Assembly (NCBI GenBank): GCA_036479435.1
Contig: JAZGFI010000065.1
Location: 1-51,573, forward strand
Direction of reading: 5' to 3'
DNA: 51,573 bases
From: Planctomycetota bacterium
GTDB lineage: Bacteria; Planctomycetota; GCA-002687715; DRQF01
The notes under the pieces are model-generated. The model saw only the letters and a list, made by a program, of their open reading frames with translations. It searched no databases and was not told the DNA's origin. Position numbers and translations under genes: made by a program. Of this stretch, positions 37,813 to 47,319 are shown in pieces (position 1 is the first letter of the stretch; every line of letters begins with the position of its first letter).

Positions 37813-38911
37813 AGCTGTCGAGTTATGGCATATCCAAATCCCCATGAGGCATCCGGTCATCCATGCGGCGGCTACGCGGAAGACAGCGGAGTGCGTTGTC
37901 GTCGGGCTATCATCAACAGAGGAAGGCGTCGTCAGTTATGGCGAAATCCAAGCACGACCCTACGTTACGGGTGAGTCGGTTAAAGGTGTCGTCGAAGTGA
38001 CGGGTCCTCGTTTAGCTCGACGACTGATGGCACAGCAATTCGAAACGAGCGAAGACGTCAAGAGTTGGATCGCCGTGGAGATTGACAGTGCGGGGCGAAA
38101 CCTTGCGACCTTTGCAGGTTTCGAGCTTGCCCTCCTCGACTTGGCGGGCGCGTGCTTCGGCGAAGATCTTGAGCCTACGACTGTGCCTTGGGCTCCTCCA
38201 GTACCTGGACGTGTCATTGGATTTGATGTTCCCACAGATCAGCTTTTGCGGCATTGTGCTCTTTTGAAAATGACGGGTTGTCGTCACCTAAAAGTTAAAG
38301 TGGGGCTGCCTGATGATCGAACACGGCTTGAATTGATCACTTCGAGCTTTGCTCCCGACATGAAGATCAGGATCGACGCGAACGCCGCATGGAGCGCCTC
38401 TGAGGCTGTCGCCAGGCTGCGCCAGCTAGAGCACTTTGATCTCGAACATGTTGAACAGCCGGTTGCCGCGGGCGATGTTGACGGGCTTCGCCGTGTCCGA
38501 AAAGAGACCCGTTTTGCTGTAATGGCCGATGAGTCGGTCTGTACATTCAATGAAGGGCGTAGGCTTATTGAGGCCGAAGCCGTTGATGCTTTCAATATCA
38601 GATTAGCGAAGTGCGGTGGTTACTACGGCTCCACGAGACTGGTGCGGCTTGCGCGCGACGCGGGTATTGACACCCGGCTCGGCACTATGGTTGGAGAAAC
38701 TAGTATTCTTGGCCGTGCGGCTTTGGTGTTTGCTCGGGAAATCGGTGGGTTCGACTACATCGAAGGCCTGGGGCAAAGTGGGTTCCTTTTAGAGAAGGAC
38801 CTCAGAAAAACGAGCGACAAGTTCGATCACTTAGCAAAGGGTGCTGGCGCTGTGTGCCGGAAAACACTTAAGAGCCTTTCGGCGGCAACGCCGAGGATTT
38901 TTAGAGAATAG
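37802..38911 (+). CDS. Enolase-superfamily enzyme (MLE / dipeptide epimerase-like)
   Basis: KVKVG, RIDAN, EQP, MADES, IRLAKCGG. Confidence 0.88.
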   Translation: MRVEAVELWHIQIPMRHPVIHAAATRKTAECVVVGLSSTEEGVVSYGEIQARPYVTGESVKGVVEVTGPRLARRLMAQQFETSEDVKSWIAVEIDSAGRNLATFAGFELALLDLAGACFGEDLEPTTVPWAPPVPGRVIGFDVPTDQLLRHCALLKMTGCRHLKVKVGLPDDRTRLELITSSFAPDMKIRIDANAAWSASEAVARLRQLEHFDLEHVEQPVAAGDVDGLRRVRKETRFAVMADESVCTFNEGRRLIEAEAVDAFNIRLAKCGGYYGSTRLVRLARDAGIDTRLGTMVGETSILGRAALVFAREIGGFDYIEGLGQSGFLLEKDLRKTSDKFDHLAKGAGAVCRKTLKSLSAATPRIFRE

Positions 38912-38921
38912 GGAGATTTTC

Positions 38922-39176
38922 TTGGACCTCAGGAACAAAATACGAAGTTTCGTTGCGTCGGTTTCATCGTCGGCGGCAACAGACATCGACAATGATGATG
39001 CTCTGCTCGACACAGGAGTTATCGACTCAGTCGCCATGATCGAACTCGTGGTTTGGGTCGAGGAGGAGTTTGGGTTCTCAATCGAAATCGACGAGTTGAC
39101 CCAAGATAATTTTGGCACGATCGACAGGTTGGCCAAGTTTATTGAAAGTCACGATAGTGAGTCTGCAAAGCGATAA
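38922..39176 (+). CDS. Acyl carrier protein
   Basis: GVIDSVAMIELVVWVEEEFG phosphopantetheine motif; TTG start after GGGAG. Confidence 0.9.
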   Translation: MDLRNKIRSFVASVSSSAATDIDNDDALLDTGVIDSVAMIELVVWVEEEFGFSIEIDELTQDNFGTIDRLAKFIESHDSESAKR

Positions 39177-40738
39177 TGTCTTCGGCATGGAATGCTCAGC
39201 ATGGCCACGGCCTCATGGGGCTGTTGAGGCGATCGGCGGCTGATTTTGCGGCGAAGCCAGCGGCTACAGCGGATGGTGAGTCAATCTCGTTCGCATGTCT
39301 GCTGGCGACGGCCGGTGGACTTGCTAGGGAGCTGTCGAGACGCGGCGCTTTCGCAGGGAGCCGGGTCGCGATACTTAGCGAAAATTCCTTAGATGCGATC
39401 GTCGCCTTTTGGGGCGTCTTGTCGCTCGGAGCGATCAACGTGGACGTGCCGGTACAACTGAGTGATGACGTCGTTGCATCGATTCTAGATGAGTGTCGGC
39501 CGGTTGTGATTCTGGCCTCCTCCGACCAAGCGAAGCGGCTTGCTTGTGAGGCATTCGCTTCGGAATTACCGCCGCTGTTGATTATCGATGAAGTGCGTCA
39601 CTCCGACCGGAGTGGGCAGCCCTTCTCTGAGGTTAGCGTGGATCCCAATGATGTCGCGATGGTCATCTACACCTCCGGCAGCACCGGACGTCCGAAGGGA
39701 ATCATGCTCACTCATGACAACGTGCTGTCGAACATCACGGCCGCGAACCAGCTAACAGGTTTTTCTTCGAGTGACAGCATCCTGATCATTGTTCCCCTGT
39801 ATTACATCCATGGTCGATTTCAACTCTTGACCCACGCCCTGCTCGGCGGTTCTGTTGTTTTGGGGCCCGGGATGCAGCTCCCGGAGTCTGTCGTTAACTG
39901 TCTTAAGGAAAGCGAAGTCACCGGTTTTTCGGGAGTGCCATTCCATTTCAAAGCGCTCATGAGCCGCAGTTCATTTACGACGGCCCACCTTCCTCATCTG
40001 CGGTATCTACTTGTAACCGGCGGTGCTTTACAGACCGAGGATATCGCTCGTTTGAATGCGATGCCGGATGTGTCTGTTCACTTGGCCTACGGTCAAACCG
40101 AAGCTTCTCCACGTGTTACGTGGGCAGGCCCAGGTGAAATCGCTGGCCGACCTGGCTCTTGCGGGCGCCCTCTTTCGGGTGTCATTGTCGAAATCGTCGA
40201 TGAGCAAGGGCGATCGATGGCACCGGGCCTTGTTGGACAGGTGGTGGTTGGAGGCCCAGGTATCATGAGAGGCTACGTTTCTGGCGACGAGCGTGATACC
40301 GGTAAGATCGACGACGCTGGGCGCTTGTGGACTGGAGATTTCGGTTACCTCGACGAAGACGGGTACCTCTTTTTGGGTGGGCGTGCATCAGAAATGATCA
40401 AGTCTGCGGGCCAAAGAATTCACCCTCGAGAAATCGAGGACGTGATTAACTCTTACCCCTGCGTTGTCGAGTCCATCGTTTTCGGTATCGACGACCCCGG
40501 GCTCGGCCAAAGAATCGCCGCTCTTGTCGTAGCGCCGAGGGAAAAGGGGATAGAAGAAAATATTAGAAAACACTGCCTCGATCGACTCTCTTACGTTCGG
40601 ACACCACGAGAGCTATTTCTCGTGACTAGCCTTCCGAAAACGGCCTCTGGAAAAGTCGACAGACGAGCTGCTCTTGAGGTTCTTGCGACCTTTCTTCAAG
40701 ACGCAACGATCTTGACGCGAGATTCGAAGAATGGCTGA
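39176..40738 (+). CDS. AMP-dependent ligase (ANL superfamily)
   Basis: YTSGSTGRPKG, YGQTE, TGD, GR..EMIK, PKTASGK; TAATG coupling to the ACP gene. Confidence 0.92.
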   Translation: MSSAWNAQHGHGLMGLLRRSAADFAAKPAATADGESISFACLLATAGGLARELSRRGAFAGSRVAILSENSLDAIVAFWGVLSLGAINVDVPVQLSDDVVASILDECRPVVILASSDQAKRLACEAFASELPPLLIIDEVRHSDRSGQPFSEVSVDPNDVAMVIYTSGSTGRPKGIMLTHDNVLSNITAANQLTGFSSSDSILIIVPLYYIHGRFQLLTHALLGGSVVLGPGMQLPESVVNCLKESEVTGFSGVPFHFKALMSRSSFTTAHLPHLRYLLVTGGALQTEDIARLNAMPDVSVHLAYGQTEASPRVTWAGPGEIAGRPGSCGRPLSGVIVEIVDEQGRSMAPGLVGQVVVGGPGIMRGYVSGDERDTGKIDDAGRLWTGDFGYLDEDGYLFLGGRASEMIKSAGQRIHPREIEDVINSYPCVVESIVFGIDDPGLGQRIAALVVAPREKGIEENIRKHCLDRLSYVRTPRELFLVTSLPKTASGKVDRRAALEVLATFLQDATILTRDSKNG

Positions 40739-42110
40739 TCTGAGGGAGTTCATCTCGACCTTGCGGGCGCGTCGGCCCCGTGACGTCCTCGAAATCACGC
40801 GGAACGTGAGTCCTCGACATGAGACGGCGGCCGTCATGACGCTGTTAGAAAGGAAATTCCGCTCACCACTGGTGATCTTCCGTAGCATTGCGAATTCGAA
40901 GCATGCAGTCGTGACCAACGTCTGTGGTTCGAATGACCGCATCGCGCTTGCACTAGACTGTGAACGCGATCATATCCGCGAGGTTTACAGCAAGGCCTGT
41001 CGAAATCCAATGGCAGCCGTGGAGATAGGAGATGGTCCCGTTCGTGAGATCGTCCAAGAGGGCGTAGACGTGGACCTCACCCGGCTGCCGCAAATGGTCT
41101 ATCACGAAGGCGATGTAGACCGTCCCTACATCACGGCCGCCATTGTCGGAGCACGTGATCCGGACTCAGGCAAGGTAAACCTTAGCTTCCACCGGTTGAT
41201 GGTAGCTGGGCGCGCTAGCACTGGAATCTTCATGGCCCGAGGCAAACACCTTGATTTAATCCACCGCAAGTACAAAGCTCGCGGTGAGCCAATGCCAGTA
41301 TTCGCAGTCTTGGGTGTGCACCCAACGTTTTCGCTTGGTGCTCTCCATACCGGGGATCTCGAAACAGAGGAGTATGGCGTGATCGGCGCCCTACAAGGAG
41401 GACCCGTGGAGTTAGTGTCGAGCCTGGTGAAGGGCGTCCCCCCGGTACCCGCCCTGGCTGAGATAGCTTTAGAAGGTCACGTGTTGCCGGATGAAACGGT
41501 GAGCGAGGGGCCTTTCGGTGAATTTACGGGTTACGCCACGGGCAAGATAAAGGCACCCGTGCTTCGCCTCGCAGCCCTTTCTTGTCGCCGAAATGCACTT
41601 TTCCAGGACATCATAAGCGGGCAACGTGAACACTTGCTTTTGCCGATACCGGCAATCGAGTGCCACGCGCTAAGGGTTGCGCGCGAGGTAAGCGAACGCG
41701 TTCTGGATGTTGTCGTCGTCGCCCCGATGACCTTGGCGGTCGTCATCGATAAGTCTGACGACGACGAAGCAAGGCGCGTAGTTCGTCGCCTTCTTGAGAG
41801 TGATGTCTACACGAAGAACGTCATCGCCGTAGATTGCGAAGTCAATGTGCGAAAGCCAGGAGAACTACTTTCGGCCATGTCGCTCCATACCCAGGCCGAT
41901 CGTGACTTGTCGATCCTGAGGCATTGCCAGGGGTCCGAGATAGACCCGTCGGTCGAGTCATTGACGGGAACGACTGCGAAGCTAGGGATCGATGCCACGA
42001 TGACGACATCCGCCAGGGGGCGAGCCGTCCGCAATGTCGTTCCTCAAGAAGTGTTGGATAGAATCGACCTCTCTGAGTTGCTCTCTCCTCTTGGGCCGGA
42101 ATCCAATTGA
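40731..42110 (+). CDS. UbiD-family (de)carboxylase
   Basis: DLREFI..L, YITA, HR, AEI.LEG, EGPFGEFTGY, IDPS, KLGIDAT. Confidence 0.9.
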   Translation: MADLREFISTLRARRPRDVLEITRNVSPRHETAAVMTLLERKFRSPLVIFRSIANSKHAVVTNVCGSNDRIALALDCERDHIREVYSKACRNPMAAVEIGDGPVREIVQEGVDVDLTRLPQMVYHEGDVDRPYITAAIVGARDPDSGKVNLSFHRLMVAGRASTGIFMARGKHLDLIHRKYKARGEPMPVFAVLGVHPTFSLGALHTGDLETEEYGVIGALQGGPVELVSSLVKGVPPVPALAEIALEGHVLPDETVSEGPFGEFTGYATGKIKAPVLRLAALSCRRNALFQDIISGQREHLLLPIPAIECHALRVAREVSERVLDVVVVAPMTLAVVIDKSDDDEARRVVRRLLESDVYTKNVIAVDCEVNVRKPGELLSAMSLHTQADRDLSILRHCQGSEIDPSVESLTGTTAKLGIDATMTTSARGRAVRNVVPQEVLDRIDLSELLSPLGPESN

Positions 42111-42128
42111 CCGTGGAGCATCGATCGC

Positions 42129-43850
42129 ATGCGTGACTACAAAAGAGTGTACGACACGGACGTACTCGTCATCGGTGGTGGCGGGGCTGCAACCGCCGCA
42201 ACGATCAGTGCGAGCGAAAGAGGCGTTCGCACCATGCTAGGCGTCAAGGGCCAGTTTGGTGTTCCAGGTGTCCGAGGTGCCGGTGCAACCTCAAATCCCT
42301 TAGCGGACTTCTGGACTATTAGGACCGTAGGTCCGGATGGCAGCTTCTTCAACCCACCGGATGCCGTGTATCAGGACATGCTCCGGGCCGGCCTGGGGAT
42401 GGCGGTCCCGGACTTATGCCGGATCTATGTCGACGAAGTCTCCGGTGCTGTCCGCCGCCTTCGAGACATGGGCATGAAGTTTCGGAGCAAGATGCTCGCC
42501 ACGATGCCTGCCGGCGAGCGTTCGAAAGTAAACGGTATCGTCTCGATCCAAAAGGCGATCATCGAGGAGACGAAGACCGCGGTCCTTGAGCGGGCGAATT
42601 TTACGGATCTGATCGTGCGTGACGGCAGATGTGTCGGTGCGATGGGGATCCGTGATGATGGCGAGGTTTTCGTTGTCCATGCAGGGGCCGTGATTCTGGC
42701 AACCGGAGGAGTCGGGCAGCTTTTTCGATTCAGTTTCAACCCACCCGGGAATACCGGCGACGGTTATGCGATGGCCCTTAGGGCTGGGACTGAACTGACA
42801 AACATGGAGTTCATGCAGCAAGGACTTGCGACCACGTGGCCAGAGAAGGCGATGGTCATGCTTTACGAAATGAAAGAGCCGTACCGACTGTTCAACGCAC
42901 AGGGCAAGGAGTTTGTTGGGAACTACCTGAGCGATGGCGCCACACTGGAGAGTGTCTCCACGCTCAAGGCGACGCACTGGCCCGTATCCTGCCGGGACGA
43001 TTCTTTTCACCTCGATCGTGCGATTCACGGCGAGGCCCTAGCCGGACGAGCGACGGACTCGATGGGAGTGTTCATCGACCTGTCCAGCGCACGCCGTGGC
43101 TTCGAACCGCAGATGTTTGTCGACTTCATGCGTTCGCGTGGCATCGATCCTAGCCAAGACCTTCTCCAAGTACAGATCCATCATCATACGAGCAATGGCG
43201 GTGTGGTGATTGACTCGGACGCTCAATCTTCGCTGCCGGGCCTTTTTGCTATTGGTGAAACGGCAGCATGGCAGGGTGCGGATCGTCTCGGTGGAACGAT
43301 GCTTGGCGGATCACAGGTCTTTGGGTGGCGCGCCGGGGCGAAAGCTGCCGCGAGCGCTTCCGAGGGTTCGCACTCAGGCGGTGGTATCGGCGTGGCCGAC
43401 GAGCTTCAGGAGCGAGTAGACAAGAGGAAAGAACAGTCGGGTGATGTTGCAATCGAGCATCTCCTGAGCGAGCTACAGGACACCATGTGGAGAGAACTCC
43501 TGGTCGAGAAAGACGCCGCGGGACTTGAGCGAGCGATGCATTGCGTTGAGGTCCAAAGGGAACGCCTTGAAGCGGGAGTTGCCATTCCGGATTCCACAGC
43601 CTTGGTTGCGTCATTCGAGCAGCAAAACCTCCTCGATATCGCCGAAGTTATCATCCGTTCAGCCTCTGAGCGAAAAGAGTCTCGGGGAAGCCACTATCGT
43701 TCAGACTTTCCGGAACGCGACGACGCTAATTGGGGACGGCGGCTGCTCGTGAGTAGGAGCGGTGACAGCATTCTGGTTCGTCCCAGCGATTGCCGAGAGA
43801 GCATTCTAGATGACGGCCCCATGACGGTTCGCATTTCCCCTTGGGGGTGA
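42129..43850 (+). CDS. SdhA/FrdA/NadB-like FAD-binding flavoprotein
   Basis: VLVIGGG.A, LATGG, NTGDG, MEFMQ, HHTSNGG, GADRLGG, RKESRGSHYRSDFP. Confidence 0.88.
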   Translation: MRDYKRVYDTDVLVIGGGGAATAATISASERGVRTMLGVKGQFGVPGVRGAGATSNPLADFWTIRTVGPDGSFFNPPDAVYQDMLRAGLGMAVPDLCRIYVDEVSGAVRRLRDMGMKFRSKMLATMPAGERSKVNGIVSIQKAIIEETKTAVLERANFTDLIVRDGRCVGAMGIRDDGEVFVVHAGAVILATGGVGQLFRFSFNPPGNTGDGYAMALRAGTELTNMEFMQQGLATTWPEKAMVMLYEMKEPYRLFNAQGKEFVGNYLSDGATLESVSTLKATHWPVSCRDDSFHLDRAIHGEALAGRATDSMGVFIDLSSARRGFEPQMFVDFMRSRGIDPSQDLLQVQIHHHTSNGGVVIDSDAQSSLPGLFAIGETAAWQGADRLGGTMLGGSQVFGWRAGAKAAASASEGSHSGGGIGVADELQERVDKRKEQSGDVAIEHLLSELQDTMWRELLVEKDAAGLERAMHCVEVQRERLEAGVAIPDSTALVASFEQQNLLDIAEVIIRSASERKESRGSHYRSDFPERDDANWGRRLLVSRSGDSILVRPSDCRESILDDGPMTVRISPWG

Positions 43851-44013
43851 TGCCGGCCATCGTGGCTTGCATGTTTGCCCAGTTGCTAACGATCATTGGG
43901 GGAAGTTGTGCGGAACGGTATGCTCACCGCCAACCAGCAATAGTCTCGCGCGAGCGAAGATGGTGCCCGCACAGTCGACGCCTGTTTCTGCCTCATTCAA
44001 CCCACGAAAGCCC

Positions 44014-45114
44014 ATGATTCAATCCGATAGCCAAGAAAGAAACGGTACCGCTGACGGCACGCGAATACTGCGTGCCGCCGTCATTGGTGCGGGTGCCATT
44101 GCGCGCGAGCACATGAAGTGCTTGGCTGAGAGGTCTGACGTCGAAGTTGTTGCCGTTTGCGACCTCTCGGCCGCTTCAGGCCAAGCTGCCGCCGAAAGGT
44201 ATGGCGTGCATCGCTCCTTCACCCACCACTCAGAGCTCCTCAAGGAGGCTCGCCCAGACGTCGTTCACGTTGCGACGCCACCACAATCGCACTTTGCGAT
44301 TGCTCGGGATGCGCTACTTGCGGGCTGTCACGTTATCGTGGAAAAGCCAGTCACGGTTTCCTATGAGGACGCCGCCCAGTTGCTGGAACTCGCTCGGGAG
44401 CGTGAGCTTATTCTGGTCGAGGATCAGAACTACTTATTCAATGGATCGATACAGCGCATTTTTGAACTCTTGAATTCCGGTGAGTTTGGCGAGGTTATCA
44501 GCGTTGAGGTCAGCATCTGCTTAGACATCATTTCTGGAGGTCGCTTTTCGGACACCAATGTGCCGCACCCGACTCTGGCGATGCCCGGCGGAGCCATCTT
44601 CGATTTTCTTCCTCATCTAGCGAGCTTGGCATGGGGATTTGTTGGCCGTCATCATGCGGTGGCCACCTCATGGGAGAAAAAGGACCCGGCGACCCCGCTT
44701 CCCTACGACGAATTTCGCGCGCTCGTACGAGCTGAGCGGGGAACCGCTTCGCTGTCATTCAGCGCCCATACTCAACCGGATGTGTTCTGGGTTCGCGTCA
44801 ACGGGACAAAGATGCGTGCATCGGCGAATATGTTCGAGCCGCGACTGACTCTGGACCGGGTCCGAACCGGCTTGCGCCCTCTCATTCCGCTTTTCAATGG
44901 ACTAAAGGAGGCGCGTGACGTTCGGCGGGCAGCGATTGGCGGGCTTTGGCGGAAGCTCGCGGGTGGACCGGGTGCCTATGAAGGGCTATGGAGACTCGTA
45001 GGGCAGACTTATGATGCGATCCAAGGTCAAGCCCCAGTTCCTGTTTCGCTGGCCCAAGTCGATGATGTTTCGAGGTTGGTACAGGATCTGACAGCTACGG
45101 AGAATCGGCTATGA
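44014..45114 (+). CDS. Gfo/Idh/MocA-family oxidoreductase
   Basis: IGAGAIA, VATPPQSH, VEKP, D..PH. Confidence 0.88.
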   Translation: MIQSDSQERNGTADGTRILRAAVIGAGAIAREHMKCLAERSDVEVVAVCDLSAASGQAAAERYGVHRSFTHHSELLKEARPDVVHVATPPQSHFAIARDALLAGCHVIVEKPVTVSYEDAAQLLELARERELILVEDQNYLFNGSIQRIFELLNSGEFGEVISVEVSICLDIISGGRFSDTNVPHPTLAMPGGAIFDFLPHLASLAWGFVGRHHAVATSWEKKDPATPLPYDEFRALVRAERGTASLSFSAHTQPDVFWVRVNGTKMRASANMFEPRLTLDRVRTGLRPLIPLFNGLKEARDVRRAAIGGLWRKLAGGPGAYEGLWRLVGQTYDAIQGQAPVPVSLAQVDDVSRLVQDLTATENRL

Positions 45115-46163
45115 AGGTTCTTGTCAGTGGTGCGAATGGGTTTTTGGGACGACACGTCGTTTCGACGCTGCTGGCACGTGGGCACGAAGTCCGTGCACTC
45201 GTGCGCCCGGCATCCCGCACAGATCATCTTCAATGGGCCGACAAGGTCGAATTTCACCGTGCCGATCTCCGCCAAAAACAGCAGTTGCCTGCTGCCATGG
45301 ACGGCATCGATGCCGTCCTCCACCTGGCCGCTGCCGTGGCTGGTGACGAGAATCAACAATTTGTGCACGCCGTCGTTGGAACCGAAAACCTTGTAGCGGC
45401 GATGGCCGAAGGCGGCGTTCGACGGATGCTCCTATGCAGTAGTTGCTCTGTGTACGATTGGAGCAAAGTGAATGGAGTGCTATCTGAGGATTCACCCCTG
45501 GAAGAAAGCGGCCTCTACGACCGGGACGGCTACGCCATTGCGAAGCGCTGGCAAGAGCGAGTCGCGCAGAGATTCGCGGATATGGGTGAGTGTCGATTGA
45601 CCGTTGTTCGGCCGGGACTGATATGGGGGCGTGGAAGAGAATCTGTGCCTGGCGAGGGCGTTTCTTGCGGGCCATTCGACCTTGTTTTTGGACCCATGGG
45701 TCGTCTTAGGCTCACTCATGCAGAAAACTGCGCTTCGGATGTCGTGAACGCGCTTGAGGCCGATACCGCTGAAGGTCATCGTTACAACATCATCGATAGG
45801 GATAGCATCCGAACTTGGCGCTGGGTCGGCGAGCGAAACCGACGGACGCAGGGACGCCGGATCAGAGTGCCAATTCCTTACTGCGTCGGTATCGGTGTGG
45901 CAATTCTCGCGAGCATGACGAGCCGGCTGCTTTTTGGTCCCAACGGGAAGCTCCCAGGCCTCTTTGTACCAAGGAGGTTTCAGGCGAGGTTCAAGCCCGT
46001 ACGCTACAATACGGCCGCCATAGAGCGTGCCTCGGGAGCACACCCGGCTCTGAGCTTCGAAGATTGTCTGGCGCGGACTTTCGGCGAGGGAGACTCGGGT
46101 GCCGACAGCCCCAGTGGGAGCCTATCTTCTGCTGCCACACGCAAGCCACTCTCAACGAGTTGA
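45111..46163 (+). CDS. NAD-dependent epimerase/dehydratase
   Basis: VSGANGFLG, HLAA, SS, YAIAK, RPG; ATGA overlap with upstream gene. Confidence 0.88.
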   Translation: MKVLVSGANGFLGRHVVSTLLARGHEVRALVRPASRTDHLQWADKVEFHRADLRQKQQLPAAMDGIDAVLHLAAAVAGDENQQFVHAVVGTENLVAAMAEGGVRRMLLCSSCSVYDWSKVNGVLSEDSPLEESGLYDRDGYAIAKRWQERVAQRFADMGECRLTVVRPGLIWGRGRESVPGEGVSCGPFDLVFGPMGRLRLTHAENCASDVVNALEADTAEGHRYNIIDRDSIRTWRWVGERNRRTQGRRIRVPIPYCVGIGVAILASMTSRLLFGPNGKLPGLFVPRRFQARFKPVRYNTAAIERASGAHPALSFEDCLARTFGEGDSGADSPSGSLSSAATRKPLSTS

Positions 46164-46453
46164 GACCACCGGCTCCAAGATTCCTCGCATGAAGATACTT
46201 TCGATGAGTAGAGATTTTAAGGTGCGGAACAGGGAATGCTGGACTGGGGGGCGTGTCCCCACCGCGACAAGTATCATGATCCTAAGGAGCACTATAGTTG
46301 AGTCTGAGGCACAAGCAGTCTGCCGACACCGTGTGTCCGCCGGGTGCGAGAGGACGAGACCGCGAGGCTTAGCTTGTTGCTAGTTCTGATGGGATGCGAC
46401 GACATGGCTGTCACTTTAGTAGAGCTTCCCGCCGCGATAGGGAACCGCCTCAG

Positions 46454-47287
46454 ATGGTAGATATTGAAGCCCACAAAAGGCCATCCGAAACCACTGAGCC
46501 CGCGATCATCGAAATCGGACGCGCTCCCATTCGGGTTGTTAGCGAATCGGGTTGCATCGACTGGATTCTCCGCGAACTTGATGCGGGGCGCGGGGGGTGG
46601 GTCGTTACTGCGAACGTGGACATTCTTCGGCAATGGAGTCGCGAAGCTGAGATTCGTTCGCTGATAAGCGAAGCCTATCTCGTTGCGGACGGAATGCCCC
46701 TGGTTTGGGCAAGCCGTATCCTTGGGTCGACACTTCCAGAGCGAGTCTGCGGCTCCAACCTCATCTTCAGCTTGAGCGCCGCCTTAGCCAAAAGACAGCG
46801 ATCCATCTTCTTGATGGGGGGCGATGCCGGGACTGCCGAGGAGACGGCGAGTATCCTTCGGGATCGCTACCCGGGGCTTCAAATCGCGGGATTTCACCCC
46901 CTCCCCGCCGGTTTTGACCAGGATTCATCGCTGAAGATTAATTTGAGGGCAACTTTGGCGGCGGTTCGACCCGATGTCGTGTATGTGGCCTTGGGATTCC
47001 CGAAGCAGGAGCGTGTGATCGCGGAGTTTCGCCGGGCACTTCCTGAGGCATGGTGGCTCGGCGTCGGTATCAGCTTTAGCTTCGTCTCCGGTGAGGTCCC
47101 CCGCGCGCCGATGTGGATGCAAAAGATAGGGGTGGAGTGGTTGCACCGACTTGCAAAGGAGCCCGGGCGCTTAGCTAGTCGTTATCTTGTTCATGATTTA
47201 CCGTTCACGGCCAAACTCCTCTTTTCTTGCGTTGTAGCGCGGTTTGGGACGTGGTTTAGTTATCTTAAGGGTTCCAAGCCCAAGTAA
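46454..47287 (+). CDS. WecB/TagA/CpsF-family glycosyltransferase
   Basis: TANVD, ADGMPLVW, ERVCGS, ALGFPKQE, RAP.WMQ..G.EW..RL..EP.RL..RY. Confidence 0.92.
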   Translation: MVDIEAHKRPSETTEPAIIEIGRAPIRVVSESGCIDWILRELDAGRGGWVVTANVDILRQWSREAEIRSLISEAYLVADGMPLVWASRILGSTLPERVCGSNLIFSLSAALAKRQRSIFLMGGDAGTAEETASILRDRYPGLQIAGFHPLPAGFDQDSSLKINLRATLAAVRPDVVYVALGFPKQERVIAEFRRALPEAWWLGVGISFSFVSGEVPRAPMWMQKIGVEWLHRLAKEPGRLASRYLVHDLPFTAKLLFSCVVARFGTWFSYLKGSKPK

Positions 47288-47319
47288 TTGGGCACAGGAT
47301 CGGAGCCGAAGCGTAAAAG

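Noticed and set aside
42129..43850. Respiratory sdhA or nadB
   Set aside because: No sdhBCD or nadA/nadC neighbours and a divergent FAD-attachment region; left as a family-level call
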